From Haplodiscus bocki (lineage: Eukaryota), in contig OZ296648.1 in the NCBI GenBank assembly GCA_965655095.1, forward strand, positions 56,668,001-56,732,000: 64,000 nt of DNA, given 5' to 3'. The position numbers were made by a program, and so were the translations under genes. Every line of letters begins with the position of its first letter. Positions within the stretch are counted from its first letter, which is position 1. Of the stretch, positions 49,625 through 62,900 are shown in pieces. The notes beneath the pieces were generated by a model. The model worked only from the letters and a program-made list of their open reading frames with translations, had not been told where the DNA came from and searched no databases.

Positions 49625-50040
49625 AATTTCGCTGCGGTCTCAACCTACGCTATGGCAAGAACCTGAAAAACAAGACAGCCCAGTGTTCGTGCGCTCAAGC
49701 GTTCACCGCCCCTCTTTCACTCGATATGGCACACTGAGGCTACACTGACATACGCGATGATAAGTGCGGCGGCACCTTCGCTAAACTAATGCAAGGAGTG
49801 TGCTACGAAGTCAAAATTGGACCAAATTTTCAGCAATTGCTTCTGAAAACTTTGACAAGACCAAAATAACAAAAAATGCGGCTGATTAAATATCAAAATC
49901 AAACTGTCTTTTGGGAACGCGATTCTTGAAATTGAGCGCAGCAGCTTCATCTCCTTGACCTTGTCGTTTACCGGTGCGTCCGCATTCGCTGTGATGAAAA
50001 CGATGGAATAATTAGCGGAGATGATTGAGACTCAACAGTA
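49625..50040 (+). pseudogene. 3' fragment of a CRE-like (restriction-like endonuclease) non-LTR element
   Basis: FRCGLNLRYG..QCSCAQAF; GYTDIRDD..FAKLMQGVCYEVKIGPNFQQL; SFISLTLSFTGA: decayed zinc knuckle, RHN motif and RLE region. Confidence 0.6.
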
Positions 50041-53000
50041 GTTAACCGGAGACTATTAGTTAAATGAAAACAAAGATGAGTTTCAATTTGATACCAAGCT
50101 CTGTCATGTCCGACGAAGTGATGCCCTGACGAGACGAATTTGTTGAAAAACTCTGACGTGTATTTTATTTGATTAACACGGAGACCAGAATTACTTTACA
50201 GGAAACATCATGACTCTGTGGTAGCTTTTTATGTTTTCATTTTCTCACACTTTTCTTGCATAAATTACAGATTCACTTTTCATTCTCGTTGATGAGCATT
50301 TATAGGACTGCTTGTATTTGTTCCTACCAGATATTAATTTTTCTTTTCTTCACTGAAATTTTAATAATAGCCAGTGGCGCTGTAATGTTGTGTCAGCAGC
50401 TGCGCAAAATTGATTGGAATTACAATAATTAGTTTTAACAGAGAGCATGTACTTTAGCTCTAACGCGATTTTCGTAGAAAAAAGTAACCAATACAACGTG
50501 ACGTGTTGACAGTCACAGCTTTCCAATGTGAGTCAGAGAACTAGTGTCATTACCATCGAATACTCTTCTTCGCACAGCTTTTGACGGAAAACTGGGACAG
50601 ACTTACATCGGGTAGTTTGAACGAAAACGATTTTGATTATCGAGAATAAACTTGACTAATTTAGTTTTTCTTTGCATTTTCTGGTTGTCAGGGTTCAGAT
50701 AGAAACAAGATAAGCCACGATAACGTTATCTGATATTTTTCTGGAATCAAGAAGCTTACGATTGCGACCTCGATGGAATCAATTCTGCCGGCAGTTTTGG
50801 AGAAAAGAGAGTTTTAACATCGATAAAATGCATACGTAGTTGCATCAGCAGTTTTTGGTCTTTTCGGCTATCAAGCTTCCGACGTAAGGAAATAAGCTGT
50901 GTTTATATTGTCCAATAAACTTTAACACGGCAAGAATGATCACAGTCAGCAAGCACAACCAACCCCTCCCTACACCCCTCGCCTCTACGTCTCCAAAGTA
51001 CTCATGAGACGGAATTAATTTTGATGTTTGAAAAAAATGTAGTTTGGTAAATTTTATGGGTATGAAGTAAAAAACATCTTATGCTCGGATTCGCAACCGC
51101 TACTCGTCGATTGACTAGATTATCTAAGGGGGTATCACGAAGTTCGTTTCGATCGGAAGGTTTAATTTTAATTCAAGACCGTCAATTCGACCAACTGTTA
51201 CAAATGGATGAAGGCCATGTGAATTCTATCATCCTAGGAAAAAAATTAAAGTCGGCGTCTCTAAAGTGAAGCGCCAACTTAAATAGAGACTTTGATAATA
51301 GACCAAGCAGTAGTTTTGTTGGACAAAAAATGAGTTTCAATTCGAGAAAAGCATTGCTAATTGAACTTCTCGCGTGGTCGACCTATCAGGGTTCCAATAC
51401 AATGAACAGACGCGATGATAACTTCATTGAATAATTACACAAATAATAAAATTGTCGATTGCGACTTTGTTTGAAGAAGTTCAGCTGGGGCTACTGAAGA
51501 TAATTGACTTAGGTTGACGCGGAAAGTCTACTATGTGTACTTTTTTGCTAAATCCTGCTCGTCAGAAGTTAATTTTGATATCGACAAAATTCTTGCAGTT
51601 GCGCTTTGGCCTATCACAGAGTTTCGTTGGCACAGAAAACTATTTCAAAAACACTCTTGCCCTGACGCTCGGGAACAAAAATGGACTCAAAGACTGTAAG
51701 GTTATGCTGTGCAGTGTCACATATCCTGAAGTCTGTTTGAAAAAGGAAATAACGGCTTCAGCAAAGACCCTCCGAAGGTACAGCGACAGGCTGAAAAAAG
51801 ATAAAAGCCTCTCGGGTAACTTCCGACTTGGGATGTCAATTTAAAGTGATTTGGGAGTTCCAAAGAGAATGCTGTTCACCATTCGGTTGCATAGACGACA
51901 AAGAAAGAGTTGCTCATTTGTCTAAGAAACTACAGGAACTACAAAAATCCGGACCAGTTTTCAAAGATTCGGTTGTGGACTCCATCGACATTCTCATGCG
52001 TGGTTTTGGGACAATGGAGGCCTCACATCACAACAGCATACTGAAGGTCGACTTGGGTTGTTCCAATGCTCAATGTGAACGCTTTGAATGCCTTGAAGCG
52101 CAAAACTCAAGCATTCCATTCTACAGTTGAGACGATTTGAACTATCATTCAATTTTATTCAATTTTGTTGATGAGAAGACTTAATTTTCTTGAACCTTTA
52201 TAAATTGAAACTTCAATCAAAACGGTTGCTTTTTACCTAATATCAAAGTAATACACCATGCACAGAATTTTAACTGCGCTAGAACTAGATGACACTCTGA
52301 TTGAGATAACATTTCTGTTTCCCAAAAACACTCGACGCAAAAATGCATTTTTAGCCGTTTGTTATAGTTTGAATAACGAAATAAATTTGCGTTACGTCAA
52401 TGAATTCGCCGAGTTCGGAGGACTCATAGGCCCTGGCAGCAGCAATTTGGATTTTTTTTTTCAAATATTTCAAAGTAATTCGGCTTCATGCAATTTTTCA
52501 TGATGCTTTTGGTTTCATGAAAAGTAATTATAATCTTGGACCTGGTTACGTTTATGCATTCTCGAAGAAACCAATTTTCGCGAAAAGTATGTTTCTACGA
52601 CATATCACTGGTTTAGCATATTGGCTTGGGATGACACTCTGCAAAAGCTCAGATTACAGCGTTTTCACTTTAATCATTTTCAGTTTAGCTTCCACAGATG
52701 TCAGTCGAGCGTTCCTACGTGGAGACATCCATTTCTTTTCCCATTTTGAGTACCACAAACCTGACTGGACGAATAAATCCTAGAACGACATTAGTCTGTT
52801 TAGAGCAGCCAACACTTGCGAGTTCAAAAAAACGATAGAATTTAAATCGGATAAATTTGAATTTGACAGAGCTGCAACGATTTCACCACTTTTTAGGTGT
52901 TTTACTAAACTTAGCAGGTTATCAGTCTACTCTTGATCAACAAACATGACAAAGAGCCTCACCAATGGTGATTTTCTTGACTCGATCAACATTGAAAACG

Positions 53001-53231
53001 TTATTTTTGACGAGCAGAAGAAAAAGATCTTCCTTTGAGGCAAAATTATGCTGCCTCGAAAAGACTACTTGCAAGAGTTTTTTTCGTTTTGACACTTCAC
53101 TATTCCATCATTTTTGTGGTTGTTTTGTTCAGTATTGGTTTCTTGACCTTTAATTTTAAAACTGACTATCATTCTCGAGTGCTAGCATTAGTATCGGCTT
53201 GCATTGGATATATCATACCAGGCCCAAAAGC

Positions 53232-53928
53232 ATGAACAAAAAAATAATACCAACCCTCACTGCTTTCTGTCGGTCATTGGCCCGGGTGGATGTTGTAAAA
53301 CTCAACTGGTCTCACGAATACTCCTCAACCAAAAGATCATTTGCAAACCCTGCTTCGAGAAAATTTTGTTTTTAAACATTTTCAAACTGATTGCGAATCG
53401 CTTCTATTGGGATTCACACGTGAAAAAATTTCAACCGAATTTCATCACGGACTTCAATGGACAGCAGTTGACAAGAGTGAGGCTGAGAAGCTAATAACAC
53501 TAGTAGTTATCGACGATCTCTATCAAGATGCGTGCGAAGATGAAACGTTCCTTAACTTGGTTGTTGGTGGAAGACATCGGAACATACATTTGATGACTCT
53601 GAGACATAACATTTACCAACCCGCAAAAAATTCAAAAGCGATAGATCTTAACGTAACACAAATGATTCTTTTCAAAAGTCCCCGAGATGTTGAACAATTT
53701 GAGGTGCTGGGTAGACGAATGGGTGACAGAAAACTTATCCTGGAGGCTTTTAAAAGAGCTACGTTAAAACCTTTTGGTCATTTACTGATTGATATGGATC
53801 CACAAACGGATCCCAAACTGAAATACTGTTCAAATTGTAGCGGAGACCAACCCAGTGTTTTTTATATTTCTACAACCCTAGCAAAAGAGTTAGTCAAAAA
53901 TGAAGCAGCGCAACTTTTTTATTCTTGA
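53232..53928 (+). pseudogene. A32/FtsK-like packaging ATPase
   Basis: Walker A GPGGCCKT; Walker B LVVIDD; GGRHRNIHL; FKSPRD; PFGHLLID. Confidence 0.9.
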
Positions 53929-54235
53929 ACTGTTCATTAAATTTAAACCTGTCTTTAAAACAGTCATTTCCTTTAAACTGTCCCACTGAAATCATCAAGC
54001 TTTTCTGCAATTGTCTTTTTAACGTTGTATATGGCCAAATTAAAATGAGTGCGAACGTTTCAGCAAAAAAAACTAAAGAGGCATAAAACCAGTACTGCAG
54101 TTATCTGTAAAATAATAGCGGAATTGCGAAAAAGCGTCAACTTCTAGCTACGAGAAGAGGTATTAAACTTCTGAAACTGATCGATTTTTCTGTTCTCAAT
54201 CATTTGAAGAAACGACTCGATATTAAGCAGCAGCA
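53900..54235 (+). pseudogene. conserved small basic Polinton protein
   Basis: NCPTEIIKLFCNCLFNVVYGQI..KKRQLLATRRGIKLL. Confidence 0.55.
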
Positions 54236-54902
54236 TGAAAGAATTTCTGTTGATAACGTTGGACGAATACACATCCCTAATTTGTTCCAAAAATCAATCT
54301 AACCACAAAAAACATCCCTCTTGGCATCACAGTGCACAACTCGGTCAGAAGACACTCTGAACTCTCAGACTGATTTGCCAGACAAAAACAATTCCCTGTT
54401 CGAGAACGAAAAACTCTGCACACAATTAAACTTGAATTGTAGACTGAAACGAGCACAAATACGGAAAGATATAACTTCTGATGACGCCCTAGGTGACCAG
54501 GCCAAAACATTAGCAAAAACGGACCGATTTGATCTCGATTTATTGTCCTCGGGACTATCGGGTGGAGAAATTGAGCGGGCAAGGCAGATTCTCCAAAAAG
54601 TCGGTGAGTGCAATGTCATATCGATCGATCGTAACTCCAGTCGACTGATGCTTCATGTTCGAGACCTAGGTTTGACGGTATTTGACTTTTTGATCGATTT
54701 AAAAACAACCAAAAAAAACCTGAATGAAGGAACCTTAGATCTAGTAAGACGGTTAGAGTTGCCGAATTTTCTACTTGCAAATACGCTTGCAAAACAGGTA
54801 GCAACAGAAGTGGCCGACTACGACGACAACGGTAAAGATGAAATTGGAGGTTGCTCCGCAGTCAAGTGGCTGCGATTATACTACGCAGGTTTGCGTAGCT
54901 AA
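54235..54902 (+). pseudogene. conserved uncharacterised Polinton protein
   Basis: 193-codon frame; syntenic and similar to 20484-20860. Confidence 0.55.
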
Positions 54903-54977
54903 TTCATTTAACAGACACGTTTCCCATATAGTTGATTGTTCAGGGAACAGAACTGAGACACAGAAAAACGTGGTTGA

Positions 54978-56177
54978 ACAAAAGTCAAGAGAAGAGTAAA
55001 GTACTTCTGTGGAAATTGCGCCAAAGAGTTGACCAAAGGTTCAGGTCAAAAACCTTCTATATGGTGCAACATTTGCGGCTGGGTACATTTCAATTGCAGC
55101 GGTCTTCAACGGCTCGATGACTATAAAAAGACTATGGACTTCCTCTGCTCAAAGTGTGCTGTGACACGGAAACTTGTTGATCCCACAGCGGAGTCCTTAG
55201 CCTACAGCAAAATACATCGCGTTTACACGTCTTGCAACAACCCAGCTGCTTTCGCCGGTAGAACTGATCTCAAGGAAGAGTCGAAATACAGCTACAGACA
55301 AGTTGACAAATATTTAAATCGGAGTGAGACCTATACCAAATTCAAACGAACCAGAAATTGCTTCTCTTGGTTAAAGGTCCAGAGTTTTCGATTGAATGAA
55401 ATTTGGTCCGTTGATTTGGCCGATATGCAAAAACTATCCCGATACAACCACGGAATTAATTTCTTTTCCGTAGCAGTAGACACTCTGAGCCGCTTTGTGT
55501 GGGCGCTGCCATTGAGAAAAAAAGACTGCAACAGAATGTAAAAATATGTTGCAAAAAGTCATGGAAGCCCTTAGCGTGCGAAAATACAGTTCAACAGAGG
55601 TGATGAAACCGAAGTTCTTACGGCTCAGTTCGAAAACTGAACCGAAACCTGAAAAAATTTGGGTTGATAAGCGCCGAGAGTTTGCCGGTGAATTTTCTCA
55701 ATTCTGCAGAGAAAATGATATCGAACATTATTCGACACATAGTGAAACCAAATCGGCGTTTGCTGAGCGAACCTCCGATCTTTAAAAGCAATAATTTTCA
55801 AACATGTGCACGAAAACAACACAGACACGTATATCGAAAGTTTACAGCATTTCGTAAACGTGATCAATTGTCGAGTGAATCGCACCACAAAGCTAGCACC
55901 AAAAGACGTTGAAGAAAGTGATATTTCGCATCTGATTTTCCTTCAAACTCCCAAAGAAATTCGCGAGCACAAATACAAAATTGGCCAGCAAGTTGGAATT
56001 CAACGAAAAATCGAAACATTTCATAGAGGGTTCCACCGCATTCAGTTAACAGAGGAAGTTTTCACCATTACCGCAATTCAAACACTGAACCCTCGCCCAT
56101 ACACCATAAAAGATGCCAGCAATCAGTTGATCCAAGGCAAATTCCACGAATCCGAACTAACCCTCTTTCAAAAATAG
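54978..56177 (+). pseudogene. retroviral-like integrase with N-terminal PHD finger
   Basis: YFCGNC..IWCNICGWVHFNCSG..FLCSKC in frame with YTSCNNPAAF, WSVDLADM, AVDTLSRF; then IWVDKRREF, KSAFAER, EEVFTI, IQGKFHESEL*. Confidence 0.88.
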
Positions 56178-56217
56178 CTTCTTCCAATTTCTTCTAAGCG
56201 ACAACCCATCAAATACA

Positions 56218-57152
56218 ATGTCATTGAGGGTGTTCACTATAAATTTAGTGTCCAACGCATCCATGGCGACGTTTCCTGAAAATACGTTGGCCCATTTCAC
56301 ATCTCTATTACCCCAACAACTTAACCGAACTGGTTTCTGGGAAGTGGCGCTAGCCGAAATTGCATGGCCGGCAACAATACAAAACATACCATCTGGTCAT
56401 TTCAGGTATTGAGTCGCGCCAGAAGCACGAAAGGACAACGATGTTAGCAGCAGCAGCATAGACACTCGAAAAAGAAAGGTAAATGCAAGGCCCTACGGAA
56501 TGGTTACAATGTGCGAACTACCAATACGTCCTGTTCAATAGGCTATCATTGAAAAAGTCGGAAGAATCAAACCAGGTGTCTATCTAACCGTTGATCAAAT
56601 TCTGCGTTCAATTTGTAAGCAAATTTTTAGAGGGCACATTGACGACAAGTTTCCCCTCTCGTGGAAACTGGATGCCTCATTAGAATCTCTGAAACTCTAC
56701 TCTGAAGGTAGTGAACAAGAGTTTATTTTTGGAAACCATATCTAAAGAACGTTTTGGGCATGAAAACACTCATTGACTGTTCTGAACTAGGCAAAACCAG
56801 CAAGCAAGCTAACAACTCAGTCCTATCCAAAACCACCGGAAAGTTTCCGGTAGACCTCACTGGTGGCTGCAACACAATTTTTGTTTATAGCGATTTGGTG
56901 CAAAATGAAATCTTGGGAGACAGTCGAACTGCTTTGCTGCGAGCCATTCCATTGACAGAGAAACCGGCTACCGGGATTCAGCAGCAGCAGAATTATCGGA
57001 CGTTTGGCAACCTCCAATGGCGCCGCGTCGTAAAGTCTAGCATAGCGTCTATTTCAGTAGCGCTCCGGAACGAAACAGTCCAATTGGTTCTGTTTCTCAG
57101 TCGTGGTTGGACAAACTTAACTTTGCATTTTCAACAACGCCTTGAACAATGA
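56218..57152 (+). pseudogene. minor capsid (penton) protein
   Basis: FTINLVSNASMATFPENTLAHFTSLLP..WEVALAEIAWP; IFVYSDLVQNEILGDSRTALLRAIP; LTLHF. Confidence 0.88.
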
Positions 57153-57331
57153 GAAAGATGACTACTAAACTGAACTTCATCATATCATCATCATAATCGT
57201 CGTCGTCTTCAACTACCGACAAAAAGTCGGTAGCAAGATCATCATCATCATCATCAACATCATTACTTTGCAAAACAGTTCAATAAAACAGTCGGACAAA
57301 GTGTTAAAGGCTACTGCTGCTCCTCTCTCAA

Positions 57332-57718
57332 ATGGATGCACATTATGACTTTCAATTTCGTCAGCAACATCAGCAATCTACATTTCACGGACCAGCGTGA
57401 CACTTTGGCTCTGGCGGCATGGGCGCGTTTGCTATGCGAATGGGTCGAGTGGCGATGCCGTTGGTTGAAAAGTTTGTTTTTCGCGTGGCCAAAGAGTTTG
57501 GCAAAAATTTAGTTTCTTCATTTGTTCCCGAATTCTCAAACATTATTTCTGGTAAAAAGAGACCTCGGAAAGCTATTGGAGATGTTTTGAAACAATCAGC
57601 AAACAAAACAATTGCCAAGGCCTCCGAAACCCGAGGCGCCCGAGCGGTTGCCATCGCGGCAGGCGGCGGATCGGGTGGGCGCGCGAAACTCCGCGGGCGA
57701 CCGGGAACGCCCTCCTAG
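57332..57718 (+). pseudogene. small basic core-like protein (pX/pVII-like)
   Basis: HFGSGGMGAFAMRMGRVAMPLV..AKEFGK; Gly-rich protease-site-like motif. Confidence 0.65.
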
Positions 57719-57867
57719 AAAAAATGTCAGAGACGGTAACAAATCTTCAGCCGTCATTCCTCCAGTTGCAAAAAAACGTCATTTTGAAAAAGTCCCGCCA
57801 ATAGAAGTCGGTCCGATTTTTTCTCAAAAATCAACTTTAGTTAAAATAGGCTCCGGGAATATCCACA

Positions 57868-59207
57868 ATGGCAGCGAGTAAAAACAATGCAACAGCCATA
57901 ATAAGTCGATCAACAGAGATTGCCAATCCGGTGACACACAGTGCGCTTGACTTTATCGAGAGACCAAGCGTTTTGAATAATTACGAGGGATCTTTCGACC
58001 AAGAAGTTTTTCCCCACAAAGGCTGGCGTGGATCCCAGTTGGTTTTTTTTTGTAACCGTCGAAAATAGAAATCGATCAATCTAAACCGCATTTGCTTGGC
58101 TATAGAAGTGTGCTCTACCAACCTGATGGCACAGAAATGGTCAAACCAGCAGATGTTGACATGACGTTTGCAAACAACACGTTACTTTCTTCGTTTTCAC
58201 ACGTTGAGATATTCTTGAACGGAAAATTGATTTCTAGTAGCAATAACAACTATCGCCATTTAGCATTCATCGAAACCGAATTGACCTTACTAGTAAATTT
58301 ACGTGGGCCCCGTGTCAAGGTTATAAGTAAAGAGCAAACGACAAAGCAAACCAAGAAGTGAAACAGAAAGAGCTGAACGAGTTCAGAAAGGGCGAGCAAT
58401 TTAATCTCGAGCTGTATGGAGCACCACATATAGGCCTTTTGGATTGTGATCGGCTTTTGTTGCCGGGAGTTACACTCCATTTGCGCTTTTGCAGATCCCC
58501 AAACACTTGAGCAATCGAGAGCAAGGGTACGTGGGCGGCAGCAGACATCAAGCGAATTGACCAGACACCGTACGCAGTAGTCATTGAAAGAGCCTCTCTG
58601 TTTGTGAACAAAGTTGTCAGATGCTGTCGAAATCAGCATTGAAAGAGCTTTGACTAGAAGCACAGCTGTGTACCCATATATTGAACGTCTAAACAAAAGT
58701 TTCATCATCCAGGCTGGACAAAATTGTTTGGTTAAAGAGAATATTTTGGGCGCCCAACCTGTGCGGAGATTGACTCTTTGTATGGTCAGAAACGCTTCCG
58801 TGGATCAACAATTGAATCCAGGCCTTTCCAAAACAAAAAATTTCAATTGAGCAAAATCGAAATTCAGCGAGGCAACGGCGTTCCAATTGCTGGCACACCG
58901 ATTGATACCACCAAAAACACTCGTCTGTTCTACAACAATTTGTGCTCTTGGTTTCACAAGAGGTGGCAATGGAATCGAAATGGCCGGTTTTGAGAATCGC
59001 TACTTTTTAGTTTTCGATTTGACTTCGTCAAGAAGCTGGTGAAGCTCTCACTTAATTTCCAGAGCTCACAGGTGCCAGTATCACATTGAAGTTGAGCTTT
59101 GCAGAGGCGCTCAGTCATCCGGTAGAGGTATTTCTTGTCGGTGAACGCTTCAGTCATCTTTTTTGACGCCATGCACAACATATTCAAAAACAGCCTCATC
59201 GATGGAT
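57868..59207 (+). pseudogene. double jelly-roll major capsid protein
   Basis: HSALDFIERP; FANNTLLSSFSHVEIFLNGKLIS..NNYRHLAFIETEL; DRLLLPGVTLHLRF; VFDLT; ITLKLSFAEAL. Confidence 0.88.
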
Positions 59208-59867
59208 AATATAACTCTTGCTGAAGTAGCCCAAACATGTTGGGCTTCATCGAGATCAAAAATTGTTGGACTATGGTTGGCAGATAATTTTTGTTTGATG
59301 TATTCTTTGCCCCGCCGCCGACAAAAAGCTACAATGCAGCAAAAAAAATGAAATCAAAGTACACGATTCTGTCTTGCACGTTCAATCCTATTCCATTATG
59401 AACACTTCACCGGGCGGAGTTGTCGGAGCGCATTGGCTTCCTTTGCTTCTATTGTATGATCAACAAAAGCCGTGCAACATTCGAGAGGAAGGAACTTTGT
59501 TTTTCTGTGTTTGGGATCCTTTGGGCCAGCCTGTAGAACGCTATCAATTATTCTATGATCATTTGCTGAAAATTTCGAAAAAACAACCAAAATTAAAATA
59601 CTTCAAGACCTAAGATTGCGAATCCAAGCTACTCATTCAAACACTTGTGGTCTCTATTGCCTCTACATTGCACATTCTTTCATTCAAAAAATTGAGCAAC
59701 AATCAATAAGCTTTGGCAATTTTGATTCCTTTATTTTGTCGTTATTCCAGCCACTGAAGAACTTAAAGGATTTGTATGTAGTTTTACTTTGCAATGAACA
59801 CTGTAATACAAACCTTTTCGACCAAAAAATTAGTTTTGAATTCCCACACCAATTTCAAACTTTTTAA
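59202..59867 (+). pseudogene. adenain-like cysteine protease
   Basis: IMNTSPGGVVGAHW (His), WDPLGQP (Asp), IQATHSNTCGLYC (Gln, Cys). Confidence 0.88.
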
Positions 59868-59949
59868 GTCAAAGTTAAAGATATTAGTTTTCTCTTCAGG
59901 ACTGTTACTGTGCAAGTTCAGGTTAATTCGGTTCCTATAAAATTGGTTT

Positions 59950-62900
59950 TCAGAGCGTTTGTTTTTTCTTTAAAGAGCACACTGCGGCATCACAATCGTC
60001 ACTATCTTAAGAATTTCGACTGTCCTCAGCCTCATAATCAATGAAGGGACAGCTAGTGAGGCGTTTAGAATCTAGACTCGACTCATCGTCAGTGAGATTG
60101 TCAAAATCCACACACTGCGATTCTTCGCAGGAATCAAGGTCATTTTTTTTATTGAGATAGTACTCAGGGCCATCTAAAAAATGAAAAAAAATATTACCTA
60201 AAAAGAAATTTCAGTTGGAATCAGCTTTTGTACACTCCAAACAAAAATGTGTCTCGTTAAAATGATGTTTTGCCCTATCAAATTGTGTAGGAGTAACTCA
60301 CAAAAACAGCTGGCAGCTTTCCATGCCTTTGCCAAGGATCTGTCTTTGTTGGCAAAGAGCCTGCTGACGTTAGAACTGGTTTGAACCTCCTTGTCTTGAT
60401 TGCTTGCCGTAGAAATAACACTGTCACTATCAAAATCATCATCATCATCATCACCAAACTTAGACGAATTCAGAAATAGAGTCAATATCAACTAAACAAA
60501 AAAAACGTTTCGTACATTTGTCTGCTGAGATCTTACTTTGTAAATTTGTAACTTCCTGGAAATTTGCTTCGGATTAATAAAAGAGTATTGTCCGTAGGCT
60601 AGAGATGACACAGTATCGTCTAAGATGTAGCGCTTGTCGTCAAAACAACTGAGAGCAACTTTGTTCACAGCATTGACCACAACTTGATGCCCAGCCGATC
60701 TTAGTTGCGTCATTTCGTAGAACATATTTTGATAGTAAGCAGTTCTTGAAGAGACTGTGATGTAAAGTTTTTTGACGGATTTCTGAACAACTTTAGCGAT
60801 TTGTTTAGTTCCACCCAGATAATCAATTCTATATAAATTCGATCTGAGGCAAACTACTTCTTTCGAGACTTCTCCATTAAGCTCATCAGTCATCGTAACT
60901 GGTACTTTCTTGTTTGTTTTATGGTGAAGGATGTGGTCATCCGGTTAATCCGAAAGTTCGAGGAGATGCTTGAAATTTGACATGTTTTCATAGAAATCGG
61001 CAGTATTTATTCTGTAGAGTAAGGATTCAGTATCTTTATAAACTACTTACAAACAATCTGATCCATAACGAGGAAGCAGCTCTTCGTAATGAAACTTGTA
61101 CAAGGAGACCGTTGAGAGATCCAAAATAATTGCACCCACTGGTGTAGGTTTGCTCCAAAGTACTGAGGAAGCCCGAAGGGAAACAGACACAAGATTATTG
61201 CTAATAATTTTGAAGTTCTTGAACGTAACTCGTTGGGTGAAGGTTTCAGCTTGCGCTTCGGTTGTAACGAATCGCAAACAACCACGTCTCCGTAAATTCT
61301 CCATAGTCTTGCCGAAGCAAGCGTTCGACATCAGTTTGTAGAAATTTTTTTCCGAAATCATTGGCAGCTTGCTTTCGCAATTTGGTGTTTATAGATATGT
61401 TGGCTCCGAGCCATTTTGATGGTTGGAACTATACTATCCGATGGAGTATCGTGACTTTCAATCCATGATGTACATAAAACTTCAAGTTTTCGGAATGACA
61501 AATGTAGTGATGCATGTCTAACAAAGTTTCCACAAGTTTTTCAGCTGCGGACCCTACATTGAAACCAAAAAAGTTAGCGTAATCTGATCTTCAATTTATC
61601 GGAATTTTGAGCTTTTCTGGCGCAAGGGGAAGGTCATTGTTGACGTCGTGAATTGCAGGTGGATACTCAAGGTCCACCTCAACAAAAAAATTGAAAGGAG
61701 AGTCTGCGGGTGTTGCGGATATTTTCGAGAGACTGATTTCAGTGCACCATTCATATCCCCCGACTGGCATCTTTTTGCATAGTACCAGCATAAAGTGGTG
61801 TTACGTCAAAGAAAGCACCAAAGGTAGATTCCTTGTTTGAAGTAAAGTTTTCGAGGTATTTGTTATTTGCTTCGAAATGACGAAGGGCTCCCAAACCATT
61901 TATTCCACCGCGAATTCCTTTCTCAAAGAAGAACAGCTGATAAATGTCCTGCAATAATTCCAGTTTCTCGCCAGTACTAATGAGCATTGCATCCCAACTC
62001 AGGTTGGGTGCTGAATAAAAGTGTGCTGGATCCAAGTTCTAAATTTGCATGCAAACTACTCAGAACTTTTGGAAAATATCAGCCAGAGGAAACACGTCAG
62101 TTCGTAAATAGATATCATGGTAATCTAAGTTTTTACATTTAAAGGCGTTATAAACTCCCAAGGCAAAGTTCTGCTGTTCTTGGGTGACTTCAATCGATTT
62201 CGTCAAAGTGTTGTACTATAGGGAACCTTGAGGTGGGTAAGACTCATTAATTTTCTCGAAACTGTCCAGATAGTTGTACGGGAAGAAACCTTTCTTTGTG
62301 AGGTTCTCAAAAAGATTATCTCCAATGTTTGGGAAGCCAGCTCTCAACAATTTGAAGTCACTTTTGTCGACCGTTTTCGCTAACGAGTCCAAACTTTGCG
62401 ACATGAACTGGAAACTATCCAAAAATCGTAGAGAATGATAGAGCACAACATTGTGGCCTACCTTGCTTTTGAAACGTTCCATCGGTATATCCAAAGAGAA
62501 AGAAATGTAAGTTTCATCATTTTTTTCAATAGCCGAAAGCTTTTCTCTATCGTTGAGTTTCAAATATTCTATAATGTGATGGGCGTCATATCGTGATAAA
62601 TTGTGAAGAAAATATTGGCAAGAATCGCGTGGTCTTGGCACGAAGGTTACACTGAGAGTGAGCAGCGCCAATTATTTCTCCAGTCAAGTGACAATGGTGG
62701 ATAACTCCATGATTAAGCTCAACACTTTTCCGACACAAGCAGCAAAGGATTTCTTCTTTGTTCATCAAGATGTTTCTGTAATCTGTAGAGATCTTCAACT
62801 GTTTGAATTTTCGTTTCTCGACATAACACCAAGCTGACCAAGATCGAAGTAAATCCATAAGACGAGTAATAGTTTCTGCCTTTGTAGATCTTCTCCCTCA

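Noticed and set aside
50050-53200. Short ORFs as a host gene or the Polinton B left arm
   Set aside because: No recognisable motif, splice structure or terminus; left unassigned.
57170-57270. (CAT/CGT)n tract as a His- or Ser-rich gene
   Set aside because: Low-complexity spacer with stops between the penton and core genes.
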